Assembly (NCBI RefSeq): GCF_032191835.1
Contig: NC_083240.1
Coordinates: 34,844,001-34,908,000 of the forward strand
Direction of reading: 5' to 3'
DNA from: Heteronotia binoei
Taxonomy: Eukaryota
Length of the DNA: 64,000 nt
Of the stretch, positions 47,481 through 64,000 are shown piece after piece (the stretch's first letter is position 1; each line of letters begins with the position of its first letter). The translations under genes and the position numbers were made by a program. The notes beneath the pieces were generated by a model. That model did no database searches and was not told where the DNA came from. It saw only the letters and a program-made list of their open reading frames with translations.

Positions 47481-48434
47481 ACTATACTGACTGATTTGTT
47501 TTAAATCCCCTTCGTAATAATCCCCAGTTTACTGAGGGATTGTCATGGCTCTCCCCAAGCAGCCATCAGGACCGCAGGGTGGGGGCACATGCATCCCTGC
47601 TCAGGGAGACAGGTGTAGAGAGGGAGGGGTAGTCTGCAGGCAGGACAGGGCTTCAGTGGGAATAGAAGCCAGTCTGATGTGCTTAGAGTGTCAGATTAAA
47701 ATCTGGGAGAACCAGATTGAAATCCCCACTCTGCCATGGAAGCTTGCTGGGTAACTTTGGGCCAGTCACAAACCATGAATTATCATATGGCATAGTGTGT
47801 ATGTAGTATGGCCAGGAGATCCTAAGGCTGTCTGGCAGCCAGCAGTTCTAGCTCTTTAGCGTTATGCACCACTAGGTAGTGAGCTAGACTTGTTTTTTAA
47901 GGCAAGAGACGTTTCAGGGGTGGTTTGCTGTTGCCTGCCTCTGTGTCATCATGACCCTGGTATTCCTTAGAAGCTGCCCATGCATTTTTTAGCTGTAGCT
48001 GACCCTGCGTAGCTTCCAAGATCTGATGGGATTGGGTTAGCCTGGGCTATCCAGGTCAGGGGTCACACATGCTAAATAATGCTGTCTCAATACACATCAG
48101 CAACTATTTGCAAGTGGATTTTGCCGTTTTGCGCTGCACAACCCAGTTTTAAAGGATTGAAAATAGATCGAAAGTGTGTTGTTTAGTGTGTGTGTGTGTG
48201 TCGCGTGCAAGCACCATCCTTTCACACAGGATTGTTGTGAGGATAAAATGGAGCAGAGCTTTTTGGAGCAAGAACACACAGGAACGCAGTTCCGGCTGGC
48301 TTGGTGTCAGGGGGTGTGGCCTAATATGCAAATGAGTTCCTGCTGGGCTTCCCCCTCATAACACTGGTGATATCAGAGGGTGTGACCTAATATGCAAATG
48401 AATTCCTGCTGGGCTTTTCCTGCCAAAAAAGCCC

Positions 48435-48800
48435 TGCTTGTGAGCAAATATTCTACTTTGTGAGCTACTGACATTTAAGTTGTGAGCTAAATTAGTTTGA
48501 TCTGGGGCTATTTTTCCTGAGCTAAGACAAAAATCAGTGAGCCGGAGGCCAAAAATCTGTGAGCTGGCTCACACTAACTCAGCTTAAAGGGAACACGGCT
48601 CACAGTCAGTGTTCCCTCTAAGCTGAGTTAGCGTGAGCTAGCTCACAGATTTTTAGCCTCCAGTTCACATCTTTTTGTCTTAGCTCAGGAAGGATGACCC
48701 CAGAGCACACTAATTTATAATAGCTCACCACTTTAATACCGGCAGCTCACAAAGTAGAATTTTTGCTCACAAAGACACTGCAGCTTAGAGGGAACATTGC
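48435..48800. mobile_element. Adjacent inverted pair of MITE family D
   Basis: CAGTGTTCCCTCTAAGCTGAGTTAG...CTTAGAGGGAACA. Copies at about 4280-4410, 13415-13590, 19070-19205, 24920-25095, 35500-35715, 51690-51870 and 62445-62625. Confidence 0.7.
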
Positions 48801-50934
48801 TCACAACTCTCCTTGCCTGTCTGTTTGCAGGCAGCCATCTCGAGGTGAGGGCAGGAAGGACCAAATGGCCAGTGAATGCCAACCTTCTGCCATGCCTGCA
48901 ACAAGCCTGCTAGCTGCCAAGGACCAGTGTAGATCTAGCAGCTCTGCTTTCTGGGACAAAAAGTGCTCAGCTGCAAGTGGGAACTTGAGCCCTCAAACCC
49001 GGCTCAGCAGAGCTCCCTGGACTGCAGCCATCTTCACTGCCGGGGCCTGCAGGGGCCTTCCTTCCTGTGGAGGGTGCAGTGGTCCCTTTGTTCCCTCCCT
49101 GGGTGTATTCTGCATAGAGACAGGGGGATCCTGTCAAGGACCTGAGCATGTGTACCTCGGCTGCTCTGTCTGTTTTCTGTGGACATGACAGTGCCACTCC
49201 ACCTGGGGACTGGTAGATGTTATCGAGCAGGGCCTTTTTTTGTAGAAAAAGGCCAGCAGGGGTTCATTTGCATATTAGACCACACCCCCCGACATCACCA
49301 TTGGTTCACACAGAACTTTCGTAGGAAAAGCCCAGCAGGAACTCATTTGCTTATTTGGCAACACCCCCTGAAATCACCATTGTTCTGCACGGGACTTTAT
49401 TTTTGTAGAAAAAGCCCAGCAGGAACTCATTTGCATATTAGGCTGCATACCCCGACACCAAGTCAGCCAGAACTGTGTTCCTGTGCGTTCCTGCTCAAAA
49501 AAGACTTCATGGCTTAGAGGGAACATTGGTTGTGAGCCACAGTAACAGGTACAGAGCAAGTGGGCTCCACAGGTCAGCACACAGTGTTCTTGCAAGGTCT
49601 GCGGACTTCCCCTCTGCGCTGGGGGTTCCCACTCAGTGGGCTGCCCCTGCTGAAGGTATAGTGTGTTCAGTGAGCTAACACTTGCCTGCCGCTTGTAGGT
49701 AGATGTGCTGGGATTGGGGGGGGGGACACTTGAGTTTTCCCCTTGTCACTGAGCCAGCTTTGGAGGCTTATGTGGGGTTGGAGAGGCTGAGGACACTCAC
49801 TAGGTCTCACTCTACTCACACCGTGCCCCTGATGGTGCCCTATTCTACACTGGCAGAAAGGTTACGCTAATACGATATGGTCAAGGCCTGCCACCTGCAG
49901 ATCCCCGAGAGATGCCGTTGCGGGTATCCATTTCCATTTCCAGACATCAAGATGAAAAGAGCAAGAGCAAGTCTAGGAGCACCTGAGAGACTAGCAAGAT
50001 CCAGGTGGGCGGCCGTGTTGGTCTGAAGCAGCAGGACGAAGTTTGAGCCCGGTGGCACCTTTAGGGCCAACGAAGTTTTATTCATGGGATAAGCTTTTGC
50101 AGGGCTTTTTTGCCCAAAAAGTCCAGCAGGAACTTGTTTGCATATTAGGCCACATCCCCTGACGTCACCACCATTTCACACAAAAGCCCAGCAAGAACTC
50201 ATTCGCATACTAGTAGGGTTGCCAAGTCCAATTCAAGAAATATCTGGGGACTTTGGGGGTGGAGCCAGGAGACTTTGGGGGTGGAGCCAAGATCAAGGCT
50301 GTGACAAGCATAATTGAACTCCAGGGGAGTTCGGGCCATCACATTTAAAGGGACGGCACACCTTTTCAATGTCTTCCTTCCATAGGAAATTATGAAGGAT
50401 AGGGGCACCTTCTTTTGGGGCTCATAGAATTGGACCCCCTGGTCCAATCTTTTTGAAACTTGGGGGGTATTTTGGGGAGAATCACTAGATGCTATACTGA
50501 AAATTTGGTGCCTCTACCCCAAAAGACAGCCCCCCCCAGAGCCCCAGATACCCGCGGATCAATTCTCCGTTATTTTCTATGGGAATAAATCTCCATAGGG
50601 AATAACAGAGTTCCCAGCAGACATTTCCCTCCCCTCCCCCCGCTTTCTGATGACCCTGAAGCGGGGGGAGGGCCTCCAAACCGGGGAATCCCCTGCCCCC
50701 ACCTGCCCCCACCTGGGGATTGGCAACCCTGCATACTAGGCCACGCTCCCTGACATCAAGCCAGCTGGAACTGCATTCCTGTGCCTTCCTGCTCAAAAAA
50801 AGCTTGTGAGTTTTTGTGTGCATGCACACTTTGTCCGGGTAGGAGGTTTCACGAGCCATGGCTCACTTCTGCAGGCTCTTGCTCCTTCCAAGACAGGATT
50901 TAGGATTGTGCTGCAAATCGAGTGAGCGGGCAAC

Positions 50935-51560
50935 AAAATGGCGGATGACGCTCAGTGCAGGTAAATGCAAAGCGATGCATGTCATGATGAAAATCTTCAT
51001 TTATAGGGTATTAGCTGGCGATGACAGGCTAAGAGAAAGACCTTTGGGTTGTTATGGAGAGCTCACTGGAAATGTCAGTTCTGTCTGCAGTGGCGATTTT
51101 AGAAAGGCCAACTTGACACTAGCGAATATCTGGAAAGGGAGGAACTGAGGGGGAAAAAACCTGCCAATAGAGTCTTGGCTTTATTAAGTCCCTGGTGTGG
51201 TCTCATTTGGAATACTGTGTACATTTCTGGTCACCACATCTCAAAGAGGATATTGCAGAACTGGGGAAAGTGAAGAAAGGGGCAACCAAAGTAAGCACAG
51301 GGTTGGTCTAAAAGACGGTTAAAGCAACTACTGTTTTTTTCTTTTACCAAAAACATGACTAAGGGTGATGGGGCAGAAGTCGACAGAATGGTGCAAAGGA
51401 AGTGGGTAACCAGAAATCTTTCTGCCTTCCTTAATACTATAACTCAGGAGACTGGTGATCCTTTCAGGGCAGGCATAAAGACGCACTTCACATAATGGCT
51501 AGTGACTTGTGAAATTCATTGCCACAAGATATAGTGAAGACAGTGGCTTAGAGGGATTTT
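50935..51560 (+). mobile_element. Degenerate CR1 ORF2 fragment
   Basis: KWRMTLSAGKCKAMH, ERPLG and GTGTGGTCTCATTTGGAATACTGTGTACATTTCTGGTCACC are CR1 RT C-terminal signatures. Frameshifted. Confidence 0.65.
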
Positions 51561-53920
51561 AAAAGAGTGGATGGATTTGAGGACCACCATGCTGGGAGGA
51601 AGAGACAGAATGCCTCATGGTAAGAGTGGAGAGGATGAGCCCCTTATTTCCATCAGTGGCACAAGGCCGTGAGTTTAGTAAGACTCTAAGCTGCAGAGTC
51701 TTGTGACCAAAGATTCTACTTTGTGAGCTACTGACATTAAAGTTGTGAGCTGCTGCATAAATTATTGTCCTCGGGGGTCATTCTTCCTGAACTAAGACAA
51801 AAATGTGTGAGCTGGAGGCTAAAAATCTGTGAGCTAGTTCATGCTACCTCAGCTTAAAGGGGACACTGCTCACAGCTCACCCATCCTACAGTCCCCCCAG
51901 CAGTGGCTATTCCAAGGCATGGAATACCACTTGCTGACCAGAAGCCCGACTAGGTATTGGCTTTGCTCACTTTTGTGGCACATTAAGCAAATGTCACATT
52001 GGGGTTCAGCGCTATCGAGCCCCTAAGTGATTATCAAAGCTGTATGCAGGGGGGGGGGTTGTAGAAAAAGCCCAGCGGGGACTTATTTGCATATTAGGCC
52101 ACACCCTCTGACATCACCATTGTTTTGCACAGGGATTTTTTGTAGAAAAAGCTCAACAGGAACTCATTTGCATATTAGGTCACAACTCCTGTTGCCAAGC
52201 CAGCTGGAACTGCATTCCTGTGTGTTCTTGCTAAAAAAAAAAAAGCCCTGGCTGTAAGAAATCTGAACAAAGCAAGGTTAGTAATAAGGCTCGGTGATGT
52301 TTGTTGACGTCTTTGCCTGCTTGTGCAAAATACGCTTTCTGCGGGGGTTTTCATCACCAAATTCCCCTGTGCATTTTCTAACCACATGCAACCCCTCATC
52401 TGAGCTGTGTTCAGTATTCTCGAGTGCTTAAAAGGGCTGTGATTGGCTGAAGACTTAACAGTTAGTGTCTTAAGTTGCATGAGGGCTTCAAGGCCCACTA
52501 GAAGGTGGGCAGTGGGGGGATGACTGTATCAGTATGTATTCCATGGGGACATTCAAAACGATGCTATTTCTGGCATGACCAAGGTCAGACTAAGCCACAG
52601 TCCCTCCCCAATATTTCTCTAACACCCCCCCTTTTTTTGTGCAGTTATGTTCTGCATGACAACATTTTAGCTATGCCTGGCTTATCGTATGAGCCTATGG
52701 CCCAAGAAAGATATATGATCACCTTTGCGCAGTGAACTGCCAGGGTGTTGCCATGACTGTCTTTTGCGCTTGTACAGTTGTGAGTTTCCTTGTTGCTATT
52801 GTTTGCATTCTTCCTTGCTTGAGCCCTACTTTGGCCATTCCATCAGGTTGTCTCCCCTGAAGGAACCGCAGAAACATGTGACTGATGTGGCTGGAGTACT
52901 AGCAGTATTTCCTTCCCTATGTGTCTGCCTGGCAACAGAAAACATGGTTACGTTAGTCTTTAAGTTGCCACTGGGCTCGTGTTTGCTTTTGGTTGTAAGG
53001 GGAACTCAAACCCATATCTTCAGACCTTCCTGGAGGATAGATCCAAGCGGGCAGCTGTGTTGGTCTGAAGCAATAGAACAAAGCAGTAGACAAGTACACC
53101 GTTAAGACCAACTAAGTTTTATTCATTACTGGAGGATGTTCATTCTTCCAGGTCTGGTGATTTTTACCAGCAGAGGGCACTGTGTTCCCTTTCTTCTCTC
53201 CCTTGATGTAGTCTGCACGAATCAAGGGTTGCTAACAGGCCTGCAGAAAAATGTCACTTTAACAGTGGTTTAATGGAGTGTTATTTATCAAGTGCTGTAT
53301 TTGCCTTCATATTAAACACGGCTATTTCAGCCTCACACGTGAATTTGCCTTCTACTGAACCAGACCATTTTGATCCTTCAAGGTTAGTTTCATTGCTGGG
53401 GATTGAAACTGGGAGCTTCTGCATGGCAAGCAGACGCTCTGCCACTAAACCATGGCGGCTCCCCTCATCAGCCGCATGCTTCTGCAGCTCAGTCAATGGA
53501 ACCAACCCTGGGGGGCGGGGGGGCAGGGCTGCACATCCCATGTGGGGCCTGGACTGGAGATCTCCCAGAATGACAGCTGATCTCCAGACAAGAGAGATCT
53601 GTTCCTCTAAATGCTTTGGACTGCGGACTCTATGGCAGTATATATACCCTGCTGAGGTCTCTCACTTCCCCAGACCTTGCCACCCCCAGGATCCACCCAT
53701 AAATCTGGAATTTCCCAACCTGGAGTTGGCAACCTCATCTCCAAACCAGAAAGCGCAGTTCCTTGGAGAAAATGGCTGCTTTAGCGGGATAGCGCTTACC
53801 CTGCTGAGGTTTCCTTCCCAAGCCCCAACCGCCCCAGGGTCTACCTCAAATCCCCAGCAGTTTTCCCACCCAGAGCTGGTGATACAAGCGAGTGCCTGAT
53901 AAGAAAAAGAACAGCTGGGA

Positions 53921-54145
53921 ACTACAACTCCCATGAAGCACTATACACGCCGTGACGCGTCCGAGTGAGCTAGTGCGCATGTTCACGCTCTCGCATTTGA
54001 GGACTCAAAAACCAGCCTTCTTTTCCTCCCGGCATGCCTTGGTGTTTTCTACACCGCGGAGTTAAGGTATGTAATCTCGCGAGACTTGGGAGCTATAAGC
54101 TCGTGAGAGGCACACGCGGTCTCTCTTTTTTTTTGCCTCCCCAAG

Positions 54146-54151
<6 letters not shown>
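53921..54151 (+). promoter_or_regulatory. RPL23A promoter: ZNF143/THAP11 SBS motif, TCTCGCGAGA palindrome, TOP/TCT pyrimidine tract, YY1-like site
   Basis: ACTACAACTCCCATGAAGCA 53921-53940; TCTCGCGAGA 54075-54084; CTCTCTTTTTTTTTGCCTCCCC from 54121, just before the ATG; CAAGATGGCG 54142-54151. CpG-rich context. Confidence 0.75.
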
Positions 54152-58382
<4,231 letters not shown>

Positions 58383-61300
58383 GCAGAATATTGCCAGAAC
58401 TGTACAATAGAATTGCACAATAAACACATATTACTACCACAGTGACTCCAGATGTGTTTTCAACCCAAAGGAATTGCACTGGAGGGGGGTTGGGGTTTGG
58501 GGAAGCAGAGATGGGAGACTTGAATGACACCTGGAAGTATATTTTGCCCCATGGGTTGCCTTTGTCCCTCAAATTCTCATACAGGTGATACCCTCTAGCA
58601 ACAAAAGTGTCACAGTTAGAACATGTGAGTATAGCTGAGCATGCAACACTCAAGCTAACGCTTTCTGTTGTCAGTAGGGCTCACATAAAATTAAGATTGA
58701 GTTAAAAGGGCTGGGAAAGGACAGTTTATAAAACTGTTTATAAAAGTGTGTACGCACCCATCTGTGCTACTGCAGGAGCATGCTGGCTCAGAATGAGGGT
58801 GATCTTAGTGACTGGCATCATGGATATGATCAATGTAGGAAGGGTTTGCCTTCTCTGGCTTTGCAGAATCTCATAAAACAATTGGCCGTGTATCACCATG
58901 ATAATGCATTCCCTGTGATCCTTGATTACCTGGATTCACATAATGAAGGCATGAAAAAAAGTCTTACTTGGCAATAGCAGAAGTGGGAGCAGCAGCTGCG
59001 GATCCCTAGGGATGAGTGCAAATGGTGCTGGTGTGTTTTGTGCTGGAAGTTGAAGCTAGAGATGTAAAATCTCTGGAAGCCATTATTGGCCATAAGCCTT
59101 TTCTTTGATCGAAAGTGAAACATAGGCAATGGTTACTTGTAAATTGTCATTTTATTATTTTTTGCAACAAAGATGCACCATTTATAACTTAGCACATAAA
59201 ATTATACTACTTCATATGCTTATGAAATTTAAAAGCCACCCTGAGCCCAATGGGGGAGGGCAGGATATAAATATAATAAAGAAAATAATAAAGTACCTTT
59301 GTTCAAGTGAAATTTAATAAAGTCAGTGAGCCCAGGCTGCCCTGATTTCAGCACGGTTGACCTTTCCTAATATTTGGATGGGAGACTTCCAGCGAATACT
59401 AGGGCCATGACACAGAACCAGGTAGTGGCAAACCACCTCCAAATGTCTTGCCTTGAAAACCCCACTAGAGGTCGCCATAAGTCAGCTGTAGATTGACAGT
59501 GGGGAAAGAATATTGCTGGTATATAGTGGCTAGAACGTTGGACAGGAGTCTGGGATAGGCTCCTTAGGTGACCTTGGGATAGTTACCTCTCACCTTTAGG
59601 CTATTTTGCAAGGTTGTTAAGACAAAATGGAGGATGGGCAAAATTAGTTGCTTTGTCCGTTTGAGAGAGAAGCGGGGAACATTTAACTAAATATGGAATT
59701 ACACCCTGTTCTGCTTTAGCCACTTATATTTTAATTTCTTTGGGAGGTAGGACGAATTAAAAACAGGAAAACCAGGGCTTTTTTTGAGCAGGAATGCACA
59801 AGAACGCTGTTCCGGCTGGCTTGGCCTCAGGGGGTGTGGGCTAGTATGCACATGAGTTCCTGCTAGACTTTTTCTACAGAAAACCCCCATCCCCTTCACG
59901 TATCTTAACGAAACAGGTTTTGATTCAAATGCTTTGGATGCCAGATCACTAGAGGAGGAAGCTCACACTTCTTGCCATGGAACCTCCCACAGGTATTGCG
60001 TTTCAATATACATTTCAGTTTTGTGTCTTTGCATAGCCAATAAAACAACTGATCACTTGAAGAGATAACTGTGCTGGCCCATTGCAAAATCCAAAAATAA
60101 AAGGCCAAAGTAGCACAGCATAGTGTATACTACAGATGTTTAGGCAATAGTCTTAAGGCCTCTTTGTGGTTTGGGTAGACTCCAGTCGGTGCTGGGTGCG
60201 GCTTCCATGGCTAAGGGGAGATTTACACTCGTGTTTCCTAGATTCCAGTCCAGGGGTCCTCAACCTTTTTGTCCCAGCAGGCATCTTTGGAAATCTGACA
60301 GGGTGGTGGGTGCAGCCACAAAACAGCTGTTGCATGAATGAGAACTGACCATAAAATGTCAGGAAATGAGGTCATACATCACTCCAATTGCAGCTTTTTA
60401 GCATTTCAGGCCCAATCTCTGTTTGGCAGGATGCCTTTAAAAATGAACCTATTGTTTAAAAAAATGTTCTTTCATACATGCAAGTGTACATATTGAGGTA
60501 GTTAAGGAACATCCATCTGGCCGTATCTCCAACAGCCAGTCAGAAGCTCTGGTGATCTGCAGGCACCATGATGCCCACGAGCATCATGTTGAGGTCCCCA
60601 GTTCTCTTCCAGTGGTCTATCCGCTTTCATGTGCTTATCAGCAGGTGGTTGCTGTCACAGAAGTTAATGTTTATTTGCTATTGGACAAGTTAGGGACCTT
60701 TGAAAAATTCTAGGTCAGATGAATAATTAGGAAATCCCACCCCACCTCTAAATTTTCCAGGAAAAGCAGTTTGAAATGTAAGGAGGATAATGTTCTGAAT
60801 CTACAGTAGGAGAATGAGGACTGGGCATGCTTAACCAGGTAAGGTTTTCTAACTGGCAAATGCAGGTTTTTTGGCATGGCTGATTGTGTAGAAACCTCTG
60901 CCTTGCCTGTGGGGTGTATCCCATTTTGCTGCCTTCCTAATAGGCATTATGGCTGATGTTGGAGGGAGCAATTGGGGAAAACCCAGAGGGAATTGTAGGG
61001 GTTAAACAAGAATGGCCTCCACCATGCAATAAGGAATTGTCAAATTCTAGGGAGAGGTAAGCTGCTCTTGACTCACCATGCTCAAAAGTTGTCATTCCTT
61101 GTTCAGGACTTCGGTGATTTGGTGCCGACTTGGATAACCCAGGCTAGCCCAGTCTCATCAGATCTTGGATGCTAAGCAAGGTTGACCTTGGCTGGTATTT
61201 GAAAGGGCAACCACCAAGGAATACCAGGGGTGTGATGCAGAGGCAGGCAGTGGCAAACCACCTCTGAAACATCTCTTGCCTTAAAAATTTAGCTTGCCAC

Positions 61301-62627
61301 CAAGTGGTAAAAAGGGCAAGGTAGTCCCTGTGCAAGCACCAGTTGTTTCCAACTCCGGGGTGACCAGTCGCTTCATGTTGTTTTCACGGCAGACTTTTTT
61401 GCGTGGTGGTTTGCCATTGCCTTCCCCAGTCATCTACACTTTCCCCCCAGCAAGCTGGGTACTTGTTTGACTGACCTCGGTAAAACCTTTACCAACCTTG
61501 AGCTAGCTACCTGAACCCAGCTTCTGCTGGGATCAAACTCGGATCGTGAGCAGAGCTTGGACTGCTAGAACTTCTGGCTGCGAGACAATCGTAGGATCTC
61601 CTGGCTGTACTACACACAACAACAATACTTAACTCGGCCTCACCAATCCCCATAATGTTGTCTCTTAGGCTGGGCTACTGTAACACAGCTGATGTGGGAC
61701 TGCCCTTCCAGAGCTCTCCACACATGCTGCTTAATATAGGTGTTCATTTCATGACTGAGAAGCCGCCCTAAATCTGCATTTCCTGCTGTACGCAGATGCA
61801 GAGGGTGTTAGTTTCTGTGTTTGATGGCAGGAGCACAGCGCTGCCTTCCAGATCCACTGTGCTCTGTGTACCTCTCCTGAGAAGAACCCATGTGTCAGTT
61901 ACGCTTCTCCTATCTGCTGTCACTCTCCGTTCCCATCTTTTTGAGAAGTGTCCTCATCCCGTGCCTGGTTTCTGTTGGTCTCCATTGGTACTCTGATTTG
62001 GTGGAATGGACTACCGCAGAACATATGAACATATGAAGCTGCCTTATACTGAATCAGACCTTTGGTCCATCAAAGTCAGTATTGTCTTCTCAGACTGGCA
62101 GCGGCTCTCCAGGGTCTCAAGCTGAGGTTTTTCACACCTATTTGCTTGGACCCTTTTTTGGAGATGCCAGAGATTGAACCTGGGACCTTCTGCTTCCCAA
62201 GCAGATGCTCTACCACTGAGCCACCGTCCCTCCCTTAGAACAGTTAGGAAGATGCCACCTTGACCCTCACTAACGTTAAGGGGAAGCCGGTAAAGTTTAT
62301 TAAGGGGGTTGATTTGTTTCTGCTTTCACTGAGCTTGCCAACTCTGGATTGGGAAATTCCTGGAGATGTGGTGGGGCCTGGGGAGGGACGTCAGTGGCCA
62401 TTTTGACCACAGTAACTCTGCAGTCTGGAGATGGGTTGTAACCAGCGTTCCCCCTAAGCTGAGTTAGTGTGGGCTAGCTCACTGTTTTTTAGCCTCCAGC
62501 TCTCACATTTTTGTCTTAACTCAGGAAGAATCCTCCTAAACCAAACTAATTTACGCAGGAGCTCACAACTTTAATGCTGGTAGCTCACAAAATAGAATTT
62601 TTGCTCACAAGACTCCACAGTTTAGAG

Positions 62628-63607
62628 CAGGGATGTCAAACTCATTTGTTATGAGGGCCAGATCTAACATAAATGAGACCTTGTCAGGCCAGGCTGGGCT
62701 ATTTTGGGCCAGGCAATGTGTGTACCTATTTAAGATAAGAACATAAGAGAAGCCCTGTTGGATCAGGCCAATGGCCCATCCAGTCCGACACTCTGTGTCA
62801 CATAAGAACATAAGAGAAGCCCTGTTGGATCAGGCCAATGGCCCATCCAGTCCGACACTATGTCACACAGTGGCCAAATATATATATATATATATATATG
62901 AACATATGAAGCTGCCTTATACTGAATCAGACCTTTGATCCATCAAAGTCTGTATTGTCTTCTCAGACTGGCAGCGGCTCTCCAGGGTCTCCAGCTGAGG
63001 TTTTTCACACCTATTTGCCTGGACCCCTTTTTGGAGATGCCGGGGATTGAACCTGGGACCTTCTGCTTCCCAAACAGATGCTCTACCACTGAGCCACCGT
63101 CCCTCATACACACACATATATACACACTGTGACTAACAGCCACTGATGGACCTCTGCTCCAATTTTTTATCTAACCCCGTCTTGAAGCTGGCTATGCTTG
63201 CAGCCGCCACCACCTCCTGTGGCAGTATAAGATCAGGTAGCAGAGATACAGTATAAACTTTTTAAAGAACATAGACAAACACAACTAAAGACTTTAAAAA
63301 TAATAATAAAACATGCTTTTAAACATTAGCACTTCTTGGTCTTAAAGGTGCTTCCTTTGTATTTCTCCCCTGGGATCCAGGAAACTGGCCAAAGGAAGCT
63401 CTGGCTCTTTCCCCATCCCCAGGGGACCAGGAGGGAGAGGAGCCTCAACCAATGGAGAAAGTAGAGGCTTTGCTCTGTAGCTCCTGTGCAATTGAGTAAA
63501 CCTTGCAAAGCAAGGAAGCAAGAGAGAGGGAGAAGGAAGCAGACAGGCCTGACAGGAGCCCTCCAGTAGCCTGATTCGGCCCTCGGGCTGCATGTTTGAC
63601 ACCCCTG
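62628..63607 (-). mobile_element. hAT MITE family A carrying a nested CR1 tail and Squam2
   Basis: Perfect TSD GTTTAGAG (62620-62627 and 63608-63615). Contains CR1 at about 62736-63227, which itself contains Squam2 at 62898-63112. Confidence 0.85.
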
Positions 63608-64000
63608 GTTTAGAGGGATCATCGGTTGTAATTCCCGGAGATCTCCAGGCCCTGCCTAGAGACTGGCAACTCATTACCTCCATGTTTCTGCTGGTGTTGC
63701 TTTTTGGATAGTGTGTTAATGGTCAGCAGGCAAAACTATTTGCTTTTGAGGGTTTGTGGCTTATTTGCACATCCTGCTCTTTTATTCCTTTTAACTTTGT
63801 ACACGTCACTAGTTGCAAGCAGCCTTGTGCTTCGCTTGGGAAAGGTGGGTTGGAAACAAATTCTTTTAATTTGTTCTGAATATGAGCCGCCTAGCTTGCC
63901 TGTAGGGCAGATATCCCTTAGCACTGACTGCTGAAGTTCAGAACTAGTTGAGCAGGAAGCGGCGGTGGGGGGGGGGGGAGAGAAGTATTTATCGCCCTCT

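Noticed and set aside
58430-64000. TLCD1 exons expected downstream of RPL23A from human synteny
   Set aside because: No recognisable TLCD1 peptide in any frame I checked. A minus-strand AATAAA near 63781 could be a 3' end but is unsupported.

Overview
This is vertebrate genomic DNA. The SINE families present suggest a squamate reptile, most likely a gecko (inference). Manual exon assembly gives four spliced protein-coding genes, each with GT-AG introns and a continuous frame. (1) PROCA1 orthologue (- strand, 4 exons, 394 aa), which still looks like a complete secreted group III phospholipase A2. (2) An unnamed APRT-like type I phosphoribosyltransferase (+, 5 coding exons, 201 aa) with a non-canonical PRPP loop. 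(3) RAB34 (-, 10 coding exons, 259 aa). (4) RPL23A (+, 5 exons, 155 aa), hosting the intronic C/D snoRNAs SNORD4 and SNORD42. PROCA1-RAB34-RPL23A matches human 17q11.2 synteny as recalled, and the APRT-like gene is the extra one. The rest is dense, nested transposon sequence: Squam3-, Squam2-, Sauria- and 5S-type SINEs, CR1 and L2 fragments, several hAT MITE families with 8-bp TSDs, a Harbinger-like hairpin MITE, a solo LTR, and Penelope-like pieces carrying minimal hammerhead ribozyme motifs. There are three N gaps. Most ORFs in the supplied track are spurious. Family names and human comparisons are from memory, not from database searches. No wholly new multi-gene system is evident. The best leads are the APRT-like enzyme, the catalytically intact PROCA1 and the hammerhead-bearing palindrome.
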